A stretch of DNA of 64,000 nucleotides from Spirogloea muscicola. Its lineage: Eukaryota. Location of the stretch: the NCBI GenBank assembly GCA_009602725.1, contig WELB01000014.1, positions 713,002 to 777,001 on the forward strand. Reading direction: 5' to 3'. The notes under the pieces were generated by a model. It made no database searches. It had not been told where the DNA came from and was given only the letters and a program-made list of their open reading frames with translations. Both the position numbers and the translations under genes were made by a program. Of this stretch, positions 36,242 to 47,980 are shown in pieces; the stretch's first letter is position 1, and the number at the start of each line of letters is the position of its first letter.

Positions 36242-39200
36242 CTACCGTATCGATATGTCGAGTGGGATAACTGGGAGCCCCAGTGAGGCCAGGCTCTCCT
36301 CCACCTGCGCAGCATCACTGACGACCAGGATCGGCTCTTCGGCAGGGTGGAGGTGCCGCCTGGCAGCCTGCAGGATGTCTCTGCTGGTCACCTTCTCCAC
36401 CTCCCTCCTATACCTGCAGCCAATATGTATATAATTGTTGATAGATAATGGAGCAGCTTACTTGCTCATGCTTGATGGTGAAATCGACCAATTCTTGTGA
36501 GAAGTATGCAATTTGGGTGCAGCATATGAACGAGTGCACTGCTTACTTGAACAAAAAATCCTGGTCCACTCCAAAGAGCTCGTACGTCATTATGCGCCCC
36601 AATTGCGAGCCCCTGCAAACAGACGAGTGAGGGCAATGACTGGTGCTGTTCCGAATGTAGCATATTAAGCTTCTGGGCAGATCAGTACATTAAGCAGAAA
36701 TTTCTGAGCTGTGGTAAAGGTCCGCTTGCTGGGTAACTCAGAAGCCGAGGCAGAGTGATCCTTGAGCATCTTAAACCAGAATCTGTCTTAAGAAGTCAAC
36801 ATTCTAAAGACTGAACGTTCATTTTGGCGACTAGCTCTGCAGAAGCACAACTTGTGCTGGTATTCCAGGACTTTGACAGGACATAGTAGAGGAGGTCAAG
36901 GGAGACAATGCTGTTGTAACGCAGTGTGTGCATCATTCGGTTGTGAAGATCTGGGACTCACGTGTCATCGAAGTTGAAGACGAAGGAGTTGAGAGCAGAC
37001 TGCTTGGCCAAGGCCAGCTCTTCTGTGGAGTGAAACTTTGGGAAAGAATTCAACCAAATGCAGTGCAAATTAAGCAGCAGCTTCCTGAAGTCCTTAAGAG
37101 ATAGAAATGGCGTGTCTCGCTTGAGGCACACATACCTGGCTTGATCAGCTCGGTGGTCACGCCCTGTAGCACCTTGCGCATGGATAGCACGCAATTAGCT
37201 ACCTCCTTGACCTGCGTCTCAGCGCCGGCTACAAAGACGCCCTGCCCTTCCACAGCAAGCACACAATAGACAAGAGAATCAACTTCCAGCCTACAGCTTG
37301 GACGACCACAGGCAACAGTCATGTGGATCTGGTGTGCTCAAATTGCAGCAAGAATGGCCAAAGATGGTCATTGAGTCAGTGACAAGATTATTAGATGAGC
37401 TTCAATGGAATAAACGGAGTCAGCTTGGTGCTCAACGTAAAATTAGTCAAAGTTGGTGTGCTAACCACACCCGATGCTCCAAAGCGGGAGACCATCCGCC
37501 GAATACGGAGTACGCCAGACCCTCCCTCGAACGCACCTGCTCAAAAACGCCTCTTCAATGTCAGCCCATGCACTGGAGGTCGCCAGCCATGGAGACCGTT
37601 GGTCATAAGAGCGTTCTGAAGTGCTTAGTTTTCGTTGTGAACACTTTTGACATGATGACTTTATGCTCAGATACATTGCCAATACTGTGGTGCAATCACA
37701 AATCACCCTTGTTGTTGGTGTTACCCAGTAGATGGTGTTACTTAATAGATGCTCAATCTTTAAATACAATACAATACAATGGCACTTGCTCTGGAACAAA
37801 ATTGGACAAAATTGGAAATAAGAAGGTCCTGACATGCATGAAGAACTCAGAACGATGACAAGTGAGAAAACGAACTCCCGTTGCCAAGCAACCAGGACAG
37901 TGAGCTTCTTGCAAATAACCTGGTCAAAAAGGAGGCCACCAAAGCCGTTGAGGGCCGAATTAAGTACATCAAGCCTGAAAAGGTCGGGATCATCGAGTGT
38001 GGTACCTAGCTCTCCCATCCTGACATACCTGAACTCAGGACCAATGTCAGGAGTAAATGATTGTGACCATAGTCTGGAAAATGCATGTAAATCTGCACCA
38101 ACCCAAATCAATGCACCGAGGTTGCATTGAGGTTGGAGAGTCCCTCATCAGATTGGAGAATGAATATTACAGACCCTTGAGTCAGGCCTGGCCGGTCAAT
38201 CAAGTAGACCCCGGGTGGCCGCGCGCTGAAGCCCTTCTCCAGTGGTGTCAGCACTGGCTTTGTAATGGAACGTGAAGCCGTGCTGATCCAGTTCCCAAAT
38301 TCATCTTCTACCAGCTTTCTGACAGTCGCCGAGCTGAAGTCACCCCAGATGCCCAGTACAGCTTGGTCAGGCCTGCAAATAGCAACACCTTGCAATCAGA
38401 AGCCCGTTGACCCTTTGTGACCTGGAAGTGAGCCAGCGCGCTATCAAAGCTCAGGACCTTTGGGAAAAGTGGTCAGCCCTTAATTGGTCACCTAAACAGC
38501 CCTGAAGTGACAAAGTGACCACTCAAATTCCCTCTGTAAACTGTTGTACAGGTTGCAGCTTATAAGTAAGCTATTGAGTAAGCTATGACTAAGCTATTCA
38601 AACTTTGTGCTCCAGACCTGTATTCGCTGTCGTGGAAACATGCCAGGTCCGAGATCTTGATGGCTGACACGGTACTGATCTCTGGCCGTCGAGCATAGGG
38701 GCTCTCTGACCCGTAGAGCAACTTTGGCATCTCCCTCCTGGCAATCGTCCCTGGCTATGAACAAAAGATCCACGGTGTCAATGTTGATGTTTCATTGCCA
38801 AAAGCATCTAGGCTGTGAAGCCACTGTTGAGGATAATAACGGTGTGATGACGGATTGTGATGCCGCATGACTACCAATGATACAGATATCATTGACACAC
38901 CCCTCTGACTTGGAATGCAAGAGCATCTGAGCCTCTACCGATGCGGCAATGATAATCACATCTGCTTCAGTCCCCCACAGAAAGCAAAATGTTTTTTCTT
39001 AGGAACAGCTGTGGCAAATGTGCAGCTTCTCAGCATAACTTACAGACTTATAGATAGCTCTCAGGCTATCTGTGAAAGGCTTGAATATGCTCGTCAGCTT
39101 ACTTCGTCATTCCTGCGGGCAATTCCCCCCAACACCTGGCTCCGCACCAGTTCTAGCTTCTCCACAGGAAAAAGCGGCTGCTGCACCACTGCCACAGCAA

Positions 39201-41120
39201 CCCACAAAGACATCCCTGAGGAAGATGAGGAGTGTAGGCTCGTAACGGTGCCATGGCTTGCCATCTGGTCAAGCGCAAGGTGATTGCACGAAGCATGGCC
39301 CCCAGGACCAGATGGAAGCCCGTACAGCAGGGTGACTGACATTTGACATCCAGCTCTATAGGTCAGCAGGTGTCAAGTGAAGAGCAAGGACATACTGTCA
39401 CCTTCGGAAAACAAGCCCATGACCTCCCCAAGGTCCTCTGTCAGACATCGGAACCCAACGCTCGCCTCTGCCACGCCTGCAGACGCTTCTATACGAGCAG
39501 CCAGCGTCTGCTCTTCCACGCAAACGGACAGGCTTTAGCAAATGCCTTGACATCTCCCATCTGCCTCTCGTCAGGACATGGCTGGAACAAGTTGCAGTCA
39601 ATATTGAGCACGTCAATCAGGTGAAGCTCCAGGGTTGGGCTGATGTATGGACCTCAAGGCGGAGGTCGAGGTAGTCAGCTGAGTGCTGCTGAGTCCCCCC
39701 ACTCCGCTGCACGCTGCTTGTGATAGCAGCTAGACCCACCTGCATGATGCTGGATGTAGCTTGCACAATTGTCATGTAGAACAGAAGATCCGTCCCCGTG
39801 CAAAAATAATCTACTGTCATAAAACAGCCTGCAAGCCAGCATGAGTGGCTGAGAGGCTGCCGCTCTCGACCTGGGCAGCCGGCTCAGACTTGCTCCCGCC
39901 CTTCACCAGAAGCTGGCCTCCAACCTGCCAAGATGGAGTGACTCTGATTTCAATTGCCAGGTGTTTGACAGTGAAAGCTATATCTAAGCAGCCTGATGCA
40001 GTCCTTCATGGTGTTTCGACTATCCGACAAGACAAAGTCCAGAGAGACTGAGCACATTGCACACCGTGGGCTTGGCAGCTTGCTACTCACAAGGCCAAGC
40101 TCGTGGTCTTCCAGGAGGAGAACCCTGAGCCCGTTGGAAAGCACCAACTGCAATGCAATAGGACTCGATCTAAATAAGCACTAGCAACACCTCAAGCATG
40201 CAGGAAAAGGGCCTACATCAGATGCTACTTGATTCCTGGATATCGAAAGCCTGGACCAATGATCATACTCAACATGAGAAGATGTTTCTCACCTTCTGGT
40301 ACGGCGGGAGCTTGACGTCTGGTAATGGAGGGAACTTGGTGGGGATGGGCGGCAGAAGCTGGGTGTCAATCAGGGGGGGCTGGTTGCTGAGCACGCTGGG
40401 TGCGCTGCCGTGTGTGCGACATCATCAGAAGCTCGACTAGAAGTGCCAGTATTAGCTGCCCTGGCTATTCATGAATGACGTTCTCAAATCCCAACATGTC
40501 AAGCCTGGCTGGACTTCTGCCTGCGTTGCTATCCTGCTTCTCAGGATATGATTCTGGGCTTTAGGCGTTCAGGGGCAAGGAATTACAAGTAGCTCCGCCT
40601 GCTCAGCTGCCTGAAGCAGGCAGGCAGTCATGCTGCAATCGCTAGCATGACACGGTTTCACAGCAGGCCATTGACACTTGGAAATTCAGTTCATCTCGTC
40701 AGGTTTTGGGCTCAGGCCCCTTATTAGTCCCATCTTTTACCTGAGAGCAGGGTCCACGGTTGTTGCATAGACGCATGCGGCAGCTGCAATGGGCATGCAA
40801 ATGCTTCCGAGCGCGTCCAAGATGCTCATTCCTTTGTGCGTACTCTCCAGGGCAGGCCCTTCATGGACGCCATAACGGTCTGGCCGCCCAAGTTGCTGGT
40901 GTACCAGCGCCGGCTGAGAGCCAGGCGCCGGCGCGTCGCCAAGGTGAGACGCAGCCTTCATCGAGCTGCCATAGCTGCTGCACGCCGACCCTTCAGTGCC
41001 CACGCCAGCGTCCCTTGGTGCTTCTTGAGGCTGGCCCGCGATAATCACAGCTCTGGGCGGCCGCCTGCCTGCAAGCCCGGCCGCCATGGGCAGTGGAAGC
41101 GGTGGGCACTGCAGCGCCAT
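36242..41120 (-). CDS. M16B (insulinase family) peptidase, non-catalytic cyanobacterial-type subunit
   Basis: FPPLPDVKLPPYQK / LSNGLRVLLLEDHELGL / GLAAITSSVQRSGGT (no HxxEH) / IARRNDEP / LYGSESPYAR / GIWGDF / NGFGGLLFDQVRSREGLAYSV (R/Y pair) / LNSFVFNFD. The start codon is uncertain (41087-41150). Confidence 0.88.
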
Positions 41121-41545
41121 GGTGCAAGCCGAGCACGCCATGCATGCCATTGCAGCACTCAGGCCCTCTGCAGGCTGCTGCTCGGCGCAGAAAGTGGGTT
41201 TACGTGGGTGCCTGGTGTGACTGAGTGCCCTCTATGCTGCACGAGTCAGTCGAGTCGTGTGAGCTCTGCGGCGGTGACGCCCGACGCCGTCCAGCTACAA
41301 TGGCTGCCGTGCGGTGGCAGAGGCGGAGGACCTAGCCCGTGATGAGTGCTTGCAGCTAGGAACATACGCATCTTCCTTTCGCTGTAGGCTCTTGCATTAG
41401 CTGTGTGGTTTTGGCGCTAGTCTCTCGCATTAGCTGTGTGGTTTTGGCGCCTTTGGCACTATGGACCTTGTTCATTCTTTCTGGGCTGGCAATTCACAGC
41501 CCCCGCTCCCCTTATGAAAGGGAGCTCTTATGAAGAGCTCCCTTT

Positions 41546-42362
41546 CTTCCTCGGCCTCCCACCTAATTGCCTGATTGGGGTGCGCCAGTGCGAGTGCGGC
41601 TTCCGTGCAGAGGGTGCTGTGCTCGCCACTCACATGCTGAGATGCCCCACTGGATTAGAAGTGGTGGGCATTCACAACCTCCTTCGCGATGCCCTGGCGG
41701 GCTTGATGCGCGACGCCGGCTACCGTGCGGTCGTGGAAGTCAACAATATCATGCCTATCACCACGGACGCCCAGGGACGTCATCATCGCCGCACACTTGA
41801 CATTGTGGGCGTGCAACCTGGTGGAGGACCACGGGCCCTGGTCGACGTTGTTGTTACGGAGGCATATAAAGGCCCAGCATCAACACACATTGCTGGGCAC
41901 GCAGTGGGCGGAGCAGAGCAAAGAAAACTGCGGCATTACTCCGATTACCCCCAATGCGATCAACTCCTGCCAGCTGCAATCGACATCTTTGGCTGTCTGG
42001 GTCCTCGCTTCCACACTCTGCTTCAAAACGTTGCCAATCTAGGCTACACTCGACGCGCAGATGTGTTTCCGGCTGAGATGGGCTTGCCAGCTGCATATCT
42101 GTCGCTCTTGCGACGTCGGGTTTCGGCCTGTTTGCAGCGTGCTCAGGCTAGTGCCTTGCACCAGAAAGCTGGGCGAGCTCTAGTAGGTGGCAGAAGGGCT
42201 CCGTTCCTGGCATCTAGTATTCATGCATCGAGTAGTGACCTTTATGTTTTGACCCGTGGTTATTGAGCGGGTCAATCTGCTGTAGGTTATGTAGATTTTT
42301 AGATGTGCTTGCCTTTGTACCTGGCCATTTGGCCTACATTTCTTTCTAATACACGATCTCTC
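41546..42362 (+). mobile_element. 5'-truncated RLE-type (CRE-like) non-LTR retrotransposon: CCHC knuckle plus restriction-like endonuclease and 3' UTR
   Basis: LGLP..CECG..HMLRC..GIHNLLRD..AG..E..RTLDI..VDVVVT..AEQRKLRHY..PAAIDIFG..RRVSACLQR..DLYVLTRGY*. No RT domain. 3' end is TAATACACGATCTCTC with no poly(A). Confidence 0.85.
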
Positions 42363-42370
42363 CTTTCTGA

Positions 42371-42574
42371 TGCACCAGAAAGCTGGGCGAGCTCTGGTTG
42401 GTGGCAGAAGGGCTCCATTTCTGGCATCTAGTATTCATGCATCCATTAGTGACCTTTATGTTTTGACCCGTGGTTATTGAGCGGGTCAATCTGCTGTAGG
42501 TTATGTAGATCTTCAGATGTGCTTGCCTTTGTACCTGGCCATTTGGCATACATTAGTTTCTAATACACGGACTC
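42371..42574 (+). mobile_element. Second, shorter tandem copy of the RLE element 3' end
   Basis: Diverged repeat of 42157-42362, flanked by TTTCTGATG on both sides. Confidence 0.85.
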
Positions 42575-42817
42575 CTCTTTCTGATGGCGTGCAGTGTGCA
42601 TGAAATGAGAGGGAGGCCAAGCAAGCCAGTACAGTGTCCAAGTAGAACGAACGTGATGAAGAGGGAGCGAATGTGCGGGATGCGCATGAAGTTAATGGAA
42701 GGCCAATCAAGCCAATGAAGCTGCAAACGTCACGGCTGCATTAAGAGACTCACTGCACACTAAATTGCGCTTGCCAAACTGCGATGCCACGTGGTGCACA
42801 TCTACTTGGAAATCTTA

Positions 42818-45479
42818 CTAGTTGCCATCTTCCATGAGTTTGAGCAATGTGGGCGCCACTTCTGGACGTGCCAAAGCCACATTTGCACCAGTTTGCAGGC
42901 CCCTAACTGAGGCGAGTGGGCAGGCACCACTGATAGCTCCCTGACATTGCCGTGCTTGCTCTACAAAAAGTGCGACAACTTCTACGGAACCTATGAAAGC
43001 ATGCAGATTGCTTGTCACCAGAGACACTGCCACAATCAAGGTGACCTATTGGCCATGCCTGCTTGCCTGCTCATTCTGCTGTCAGCCACGACGATTGAGT
43101 ACCTCAATCGCATGTATACTCAAGGATTGCCTTGTCAGTAAGCGGTGGTCCAAGCAGCATGAAGCACACCATTAAGCCGCTGCTCCAATCTTGCACAGGC
43201 CGTTTACTTCAAGCTTCAGAGAAGCTCATTTGACTTCGTCACTTTTAGGTGCTGAGGTCCCCTTCAGCTGTGTTTCGCCCTGTTTTGGCCCCTCTTTGCC
43301 TGGGCTTTGCTTTGTGTTGGACCGTTCTTTAGATCACTACTTCTTGCCGGAACAGTTCACTGACTCGTCTTGGCCCCACTTTCATGTCATGACCACTGCA
43401 CGCCTTCTTCGACCCAACATATTAACACTTGAGTTGAGTTTCAGAGAAGGAGCAACATCTATGGATACCCAGCAACCATGGCATCGAGAAATAGTATAGG
43501 ATCTCCTCCTCCTGCTGGATCTGTCAATGACAATAATGTTGAAATGAGCTTCGCTGCTGACATATGGCTTCCTATTTGGTAGTCTACTAAAAGTTCGCCA
43601 GGTCTGCCATTTCTACTTGTCTAGTCAGCAAAAGCCAGAGGTAATGAGCAAAGTAGGCAAGATCAGCAGAAACAGGCAGTAGGTGCTCTAGCACTCATAA
43701 AGTATCCAATGTAGTCCCAAATGCCGCTAATCAGAGAATGAGGTGCTCTAGCACTCATACAGTATCCAATATAGTCCCAAATGCAGCTAATCAGAGATGA
43801 AGCTGGCCAAGAGGAGGAGAGCAGCGAGAACAACCCATGGGCTTCTGAAGGCTTCCGGTATGCTAGACGTCATTGAATAACTGGCCCTCCTCTTTCTTGG
43901 CCAACCTCTACTGCTGGCCTGTTTCACGAGAAATTTTCTGAGAAGTTGATGGTCATTGATGTACTGCAGATGCCATATGCAGATGCATGCCTCTGCTTCT
44001 AAGTGCAATCATGGCAAAGAGATGGCGACTGCAACAACATGCTCAACATGTCCCAATGAGACAAGAAACACCTTGAGGGTCGCCTTCTGATACGAAAGAC
44101 TTGACCAACCATTTGGATAAATCATGTGATCTGCCCACCTGAACGAGAGCACACCATTGCTGAGTACAAGATGCATGCAGATTTCAGACTACTTGAAGGC
44201 AGTGGTGGCACCAAGACATCAGGTCGGCGGCCGTACTCTTCTTCACCGCTTGAAGAGCGAATTCCACAGTGCTCCAGACTTGATTCATTTGGAAGCTAAC
44301 CTCAGGAGCACAAGCATAAGCAGCTGGAGGTCCTTGTCAGCTGGCAGTCAAGGCTAGATTCACCTAAGCCAACTCATGCATAGCTAGCAGAGGGTCATGG
44401 AGCTCTGCATGGCCAGAGGCTTCATGCAGAGGACTGTACATATCCACCTCGACTCCGTTGAAAACAAGGGTTACGTTTGTAGTAGGGCCAGGAACAATGT
44501 GCGCAGATGTAAGCACCCGTGCTTTGAATTCCTCCACTGAATCAGATGCTCTTGCTCTGATTGGAAGCAACTGGAATAATTCTGCACTGAAAGTTGAGCA
44601 ATTGTCACACTGTTCAATCGTCCACCTAGACATAATATATGTGCAATCTTAGCCTGTGCAATATGCATGTCCAGAGAAGCTACCCAACGTTGTAAGATGG
44701 CCTGGTAGTGATCCAGTCAGGAGCAGCTGTTGTCAATGTTCTCACCTGTCAGAGAACTTTATCAAGACCTCCAATTCAGGCAGCTCAGCCATAAGCCTCA
44801 ATTCCAGCCCCAACTCCTGCTCTTGCTTGCTCTCTCTTGCATGCAACCTCCTCAGCTCTCTTCGGTCCAACTGTTACAAAGCCATTGACAAGTAAGTATG
44901 ACCTCCTTGTCAAACATGTCGGCACAATGGTCATTTATCCATGGCTCGATAATCAGAAACCAGATTATAATAGAACTACCTGACTGATTGCTTGCCCGTC
45001 TCAGCTAGTCGTGATCAGGGAGCAAGCGTGAGCTGCCGTAGCTTATGCTGTGTTGTTGGATCCTGGCCTCAAAAAATGAGAGTTTCAATCTCTGCACTTG
45101 CAAGAGCACAGAAGGTACTCAGAATTACAAGCGATTTAGCAGCTTTCACATGAATATGAACATGCAGAGACAAACCACGTCAAGCCTGTGCTCGAGTGGA
45201 ACCAACGATCCCTGTGAGCGTGGAGGTCTCAAGGATGTCTTTGGGGAAATGGTAAGCCTTCTCTACACTACTAAAAGCATGAACATAGTCCAAAGGACAG
45301 CTTGACCAGATGAAGAACCCTTGCCAGCTGTGAACTAGCTTGGCACGCTGAGAAATGTGAGCAGTATGACCTACTCCAAAAAGGTGAGAGACTGACCAGG
45401 GCAGGGCGCTGAACGTTAGCGCGGAGGTATGCCTGCTTGCTCGTGGGAAGTCGTACAACACCTGTGAGAGAAAGAGCAA
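42818..45479 (-). pseudogene. Decayed multi-exon gene with possible ubiquitin-like segment(s)
   Basis: Exon-like blocks with GT/AG edges, e.g. LLPIRARASDSVEEFKARVL..VTLVFNGVEV (UBL-like), interrupted by in-frame stops and shifts. No confident family call. Confidence 0.35.
43681..43797 (+). repeat. 60-bp tandem duplication
   Basis: AGGTGCTCTAGCACTCATA..GCTAATCAGAGA at 43681 and 43741 with 3 mismatches. Confidence 0.9.
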
Positions 45480-45774
45480 ATAATGCTGGCATTGGTCGAC
45501 CTACACGTTGCTCCAAGGAAAGGGGACTCCAGCTCGCAGTGCTATCATCTCTGAGTAAGGCTGCCGCTCATGGAGGTTTTGGACGCCAGGCTCAGGGCCC
45601 TCGTCCTCACCGCTTGCGCAGGCTTTGAAGATCCTGGCGAGATCACTCTAAGGACGGACAAGCACGCCTGCAGCGCGCTCCGCAGGCCGGCCCACAGAGC
45701 GCAGGCTCGCGGGCGAGCCTGGCGTGCAGGCACAGTGAGCACGGAGCTGCTGGCATCAGCTCGTTATTACATCT

Positions 45775-46166
45775 GCGTTGTCCTAGCAACCTGCGATGCC
45801 TTCGGTCCATGGGTGTTACGGGGGTCGGTGGTCCTCGTTACTTTTGCTGCTGGCCTCTCAAGCTGACCAGCGGCGCCGGGAACAGGGTGCAGCCCTTCCC
45901 CGTGGCTCGGTGCCTTTAGGTCTTGTTTCCTGCTACCGAATGCGTTTATCTATGTGCCTACAGCGGTCCCAGGCGATTGCTTTGCATCGCCGGGCTGGTC
46001 GCGCCCTTGAGCAGCCTCTGGTTTGCGCAGCGGGGTTGCTCTTCCTCCCCTCAGCTCATCTGACTTCCTACTGCTGACACGGGGGTATTAAGGGCGCCCT
46101 GTCTGCCTAGCCTTTGGCTCCGTCATGAACACCTGTGTGCATCTGGCTGGCAGTTTACAGCCGATC
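45775..46166 (+). mobile_element. Degenerate RLE element 3' part (second subfamily)
   Basis: LATCDAFG..CYRMRLSMCLQRSQAIALHRRAGRAL..SDFLLLTRGY*, followed by hairpin GGCTGGCAGTTTACAGCC and GATCT. Confidence 0.75.
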
Positions 46167-47369
46167 TTAAATAGCAGCAGCCGTTATCTTTAACTTCTCC
46201 AACCTTCCTCCCTACTTCAGATCTAACGCTACCCAAAGAAGAAAAGACGCTTCCAGGAGAGGGCAGTGGCTGTGAGAGGGCCAGCCCAGAAAAAGAATGA
46301 ACAAAGTTCGAAGTACTTCTGGAGTAGCCGTATTCTAGCAAAATGACACAGCTAGACACACCACGACGCAACGGGAAACTCAGTAACCACTGCCAAGCAG
46401 CCGCAAGTCGGAGTAACTGGCTTACCCAAGGACCGCCAGGGCCACAGCACAGAGATAACTTGTTCAAAGGAGTGACGTGCACCTCAAATATGTAATTCAA
46501 GACCTTCAGTGGCTCAATCATGACCTTTTAATTGTTGTGGTTGGTTTCTTGTGATTGTTTTGATTGGAGTGAAGTGCAAGGGCACCAGGGTTCTGAATAT
46601 TGAATAAATTCATTCCAGCCAATCCCATCATTCAAGGTCATTGACTTTAACACTGCGCATGTATTGGTTACACTAACGTGCAGAGGGTCGCTACGATGTC
46701 CTCCTCCATGTACTAACATCTCTTCTTGACATCGATTGCAAGCCCAACGGCTCCTCAATCCTAGATCATGCTAAGACCGAACAGCAAAACACATGAATCA
46801 CATTGTGTGCTTCCTACGGATATTTAGACCATATATCCACCCTCATCTCCTTGTGCTGCTAAGCACGAGAGAGCCTTGCAATGCACGGAGGTACTGAAGG
46901 TTGTGCATACGTAATCATGCCAACATCATAGAATTCCGGACCTGTCATGAAACTCAGAATACTACTGTCGATCAACAATTTATGGCCATGCTTGTGGCTG
47001 AAGGGCAGATGCCAGCTGCTATGATCAAATTGCTGAAGGTTGATGACAATGACAAGAATGAGACAGTGACCAAAGCAACCGAAGGGCCTGATCCTCGCTC
47101 ATTGCAATTCAAGCGCTCTGTGCAAACCATGCGTGGTCGCTGCCTCAAGATCCAAGTAGTCGTAAATGCCATGCCCTTTGCATGGTGACAGGAGCGATTC
47201 TGCTGGTGACTCAGGATTCATCGAACAAGCACAGCCTCAATTTCCCTGCCTTCAATGTCAAGGCCACCGCAAAGCAATAAGGTCCAGGGACAAGGCAGCG
47301 GCTTGGAGACACAAGGAGTCCCAGAGGTGGCCGGCCACTCAAGGAAGGAACCTTTCTAGCTGAGAAGAG

Positions 47370-47437
47370 AGATCGTGTATTAGAAAGAAATGTAGGCCAA
47401 ATGGCCAGGTACAAAGGCAAGCACATCTAAAAATCTA
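47370..47437 (-). mobile_element. 68-bp 5'-truncated RLE element insertion with 14-bp TSD
   Basis: Reverse complement of the 3' UTR end at about 42292-42359, flanked by CTAGCTGAGAAGAG at 47356-47369 and 47438-47451. Confidence 0.9.
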
Positions 47438-47549
47438 CTAGCTGAGAAGAGGTGAAGGCGCGGGTTGCGCATGGGATGCAAAGAAGGCCAGATCAAGCCA
47501 ATACACCGTTCAGGCAGAAGCTAGTCCAAAGAGAACAGCTATTCCATTT

Positions 47550-47980
47550 CAAGGCAGTGGCTGTGGAATGCCAGCCCATAGGAGGAAGGCGCCATGAAAG
47601 TAAAGGGAGGCCAATCCTACCCTTACAGATGTCATGGTAATGTGGTAATGAGTTGGCTAAGGGGGGCACTATATCCTTGAGTGATCATATACATATCTGA
47701 CAAGCTAAGCTGAGGAGCCGCACCATCACCACGGAAGCCATTGGCCTGGCCTTAATGCACGCCCAGCACGCTGGTGTATCTCAAGTGCTTGGGAGCGCTG
47801 TAGACTCAATGATAGCCGCATTCTATAGCAGGCAACGATGGCTTGCGGGACGCTAGAATGCCCTATAAGCTACCCGCCCGACAACAGTCGGCGGGCATCG
47901 ACTTGCTGTGCCAGGCAAAGCAGGAGGGAGGACCGCTTCGTTCCGTAGCCGCCGTATATGTCCATGGCGCATGGGAAGAG
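47550..47980 (-). mobile_element. Degenerate RLE element 3' part (third subfamily) with full 3' UTR
   Basis: LFPCAMDIYGGYG..ACYRMRLSLSLQRSQALEIHQRAGRAL..DMYMITQGY*, then a UTR ending in hairpin GGGCTGGCATTCCACAGCC. Confidence 0.78.
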
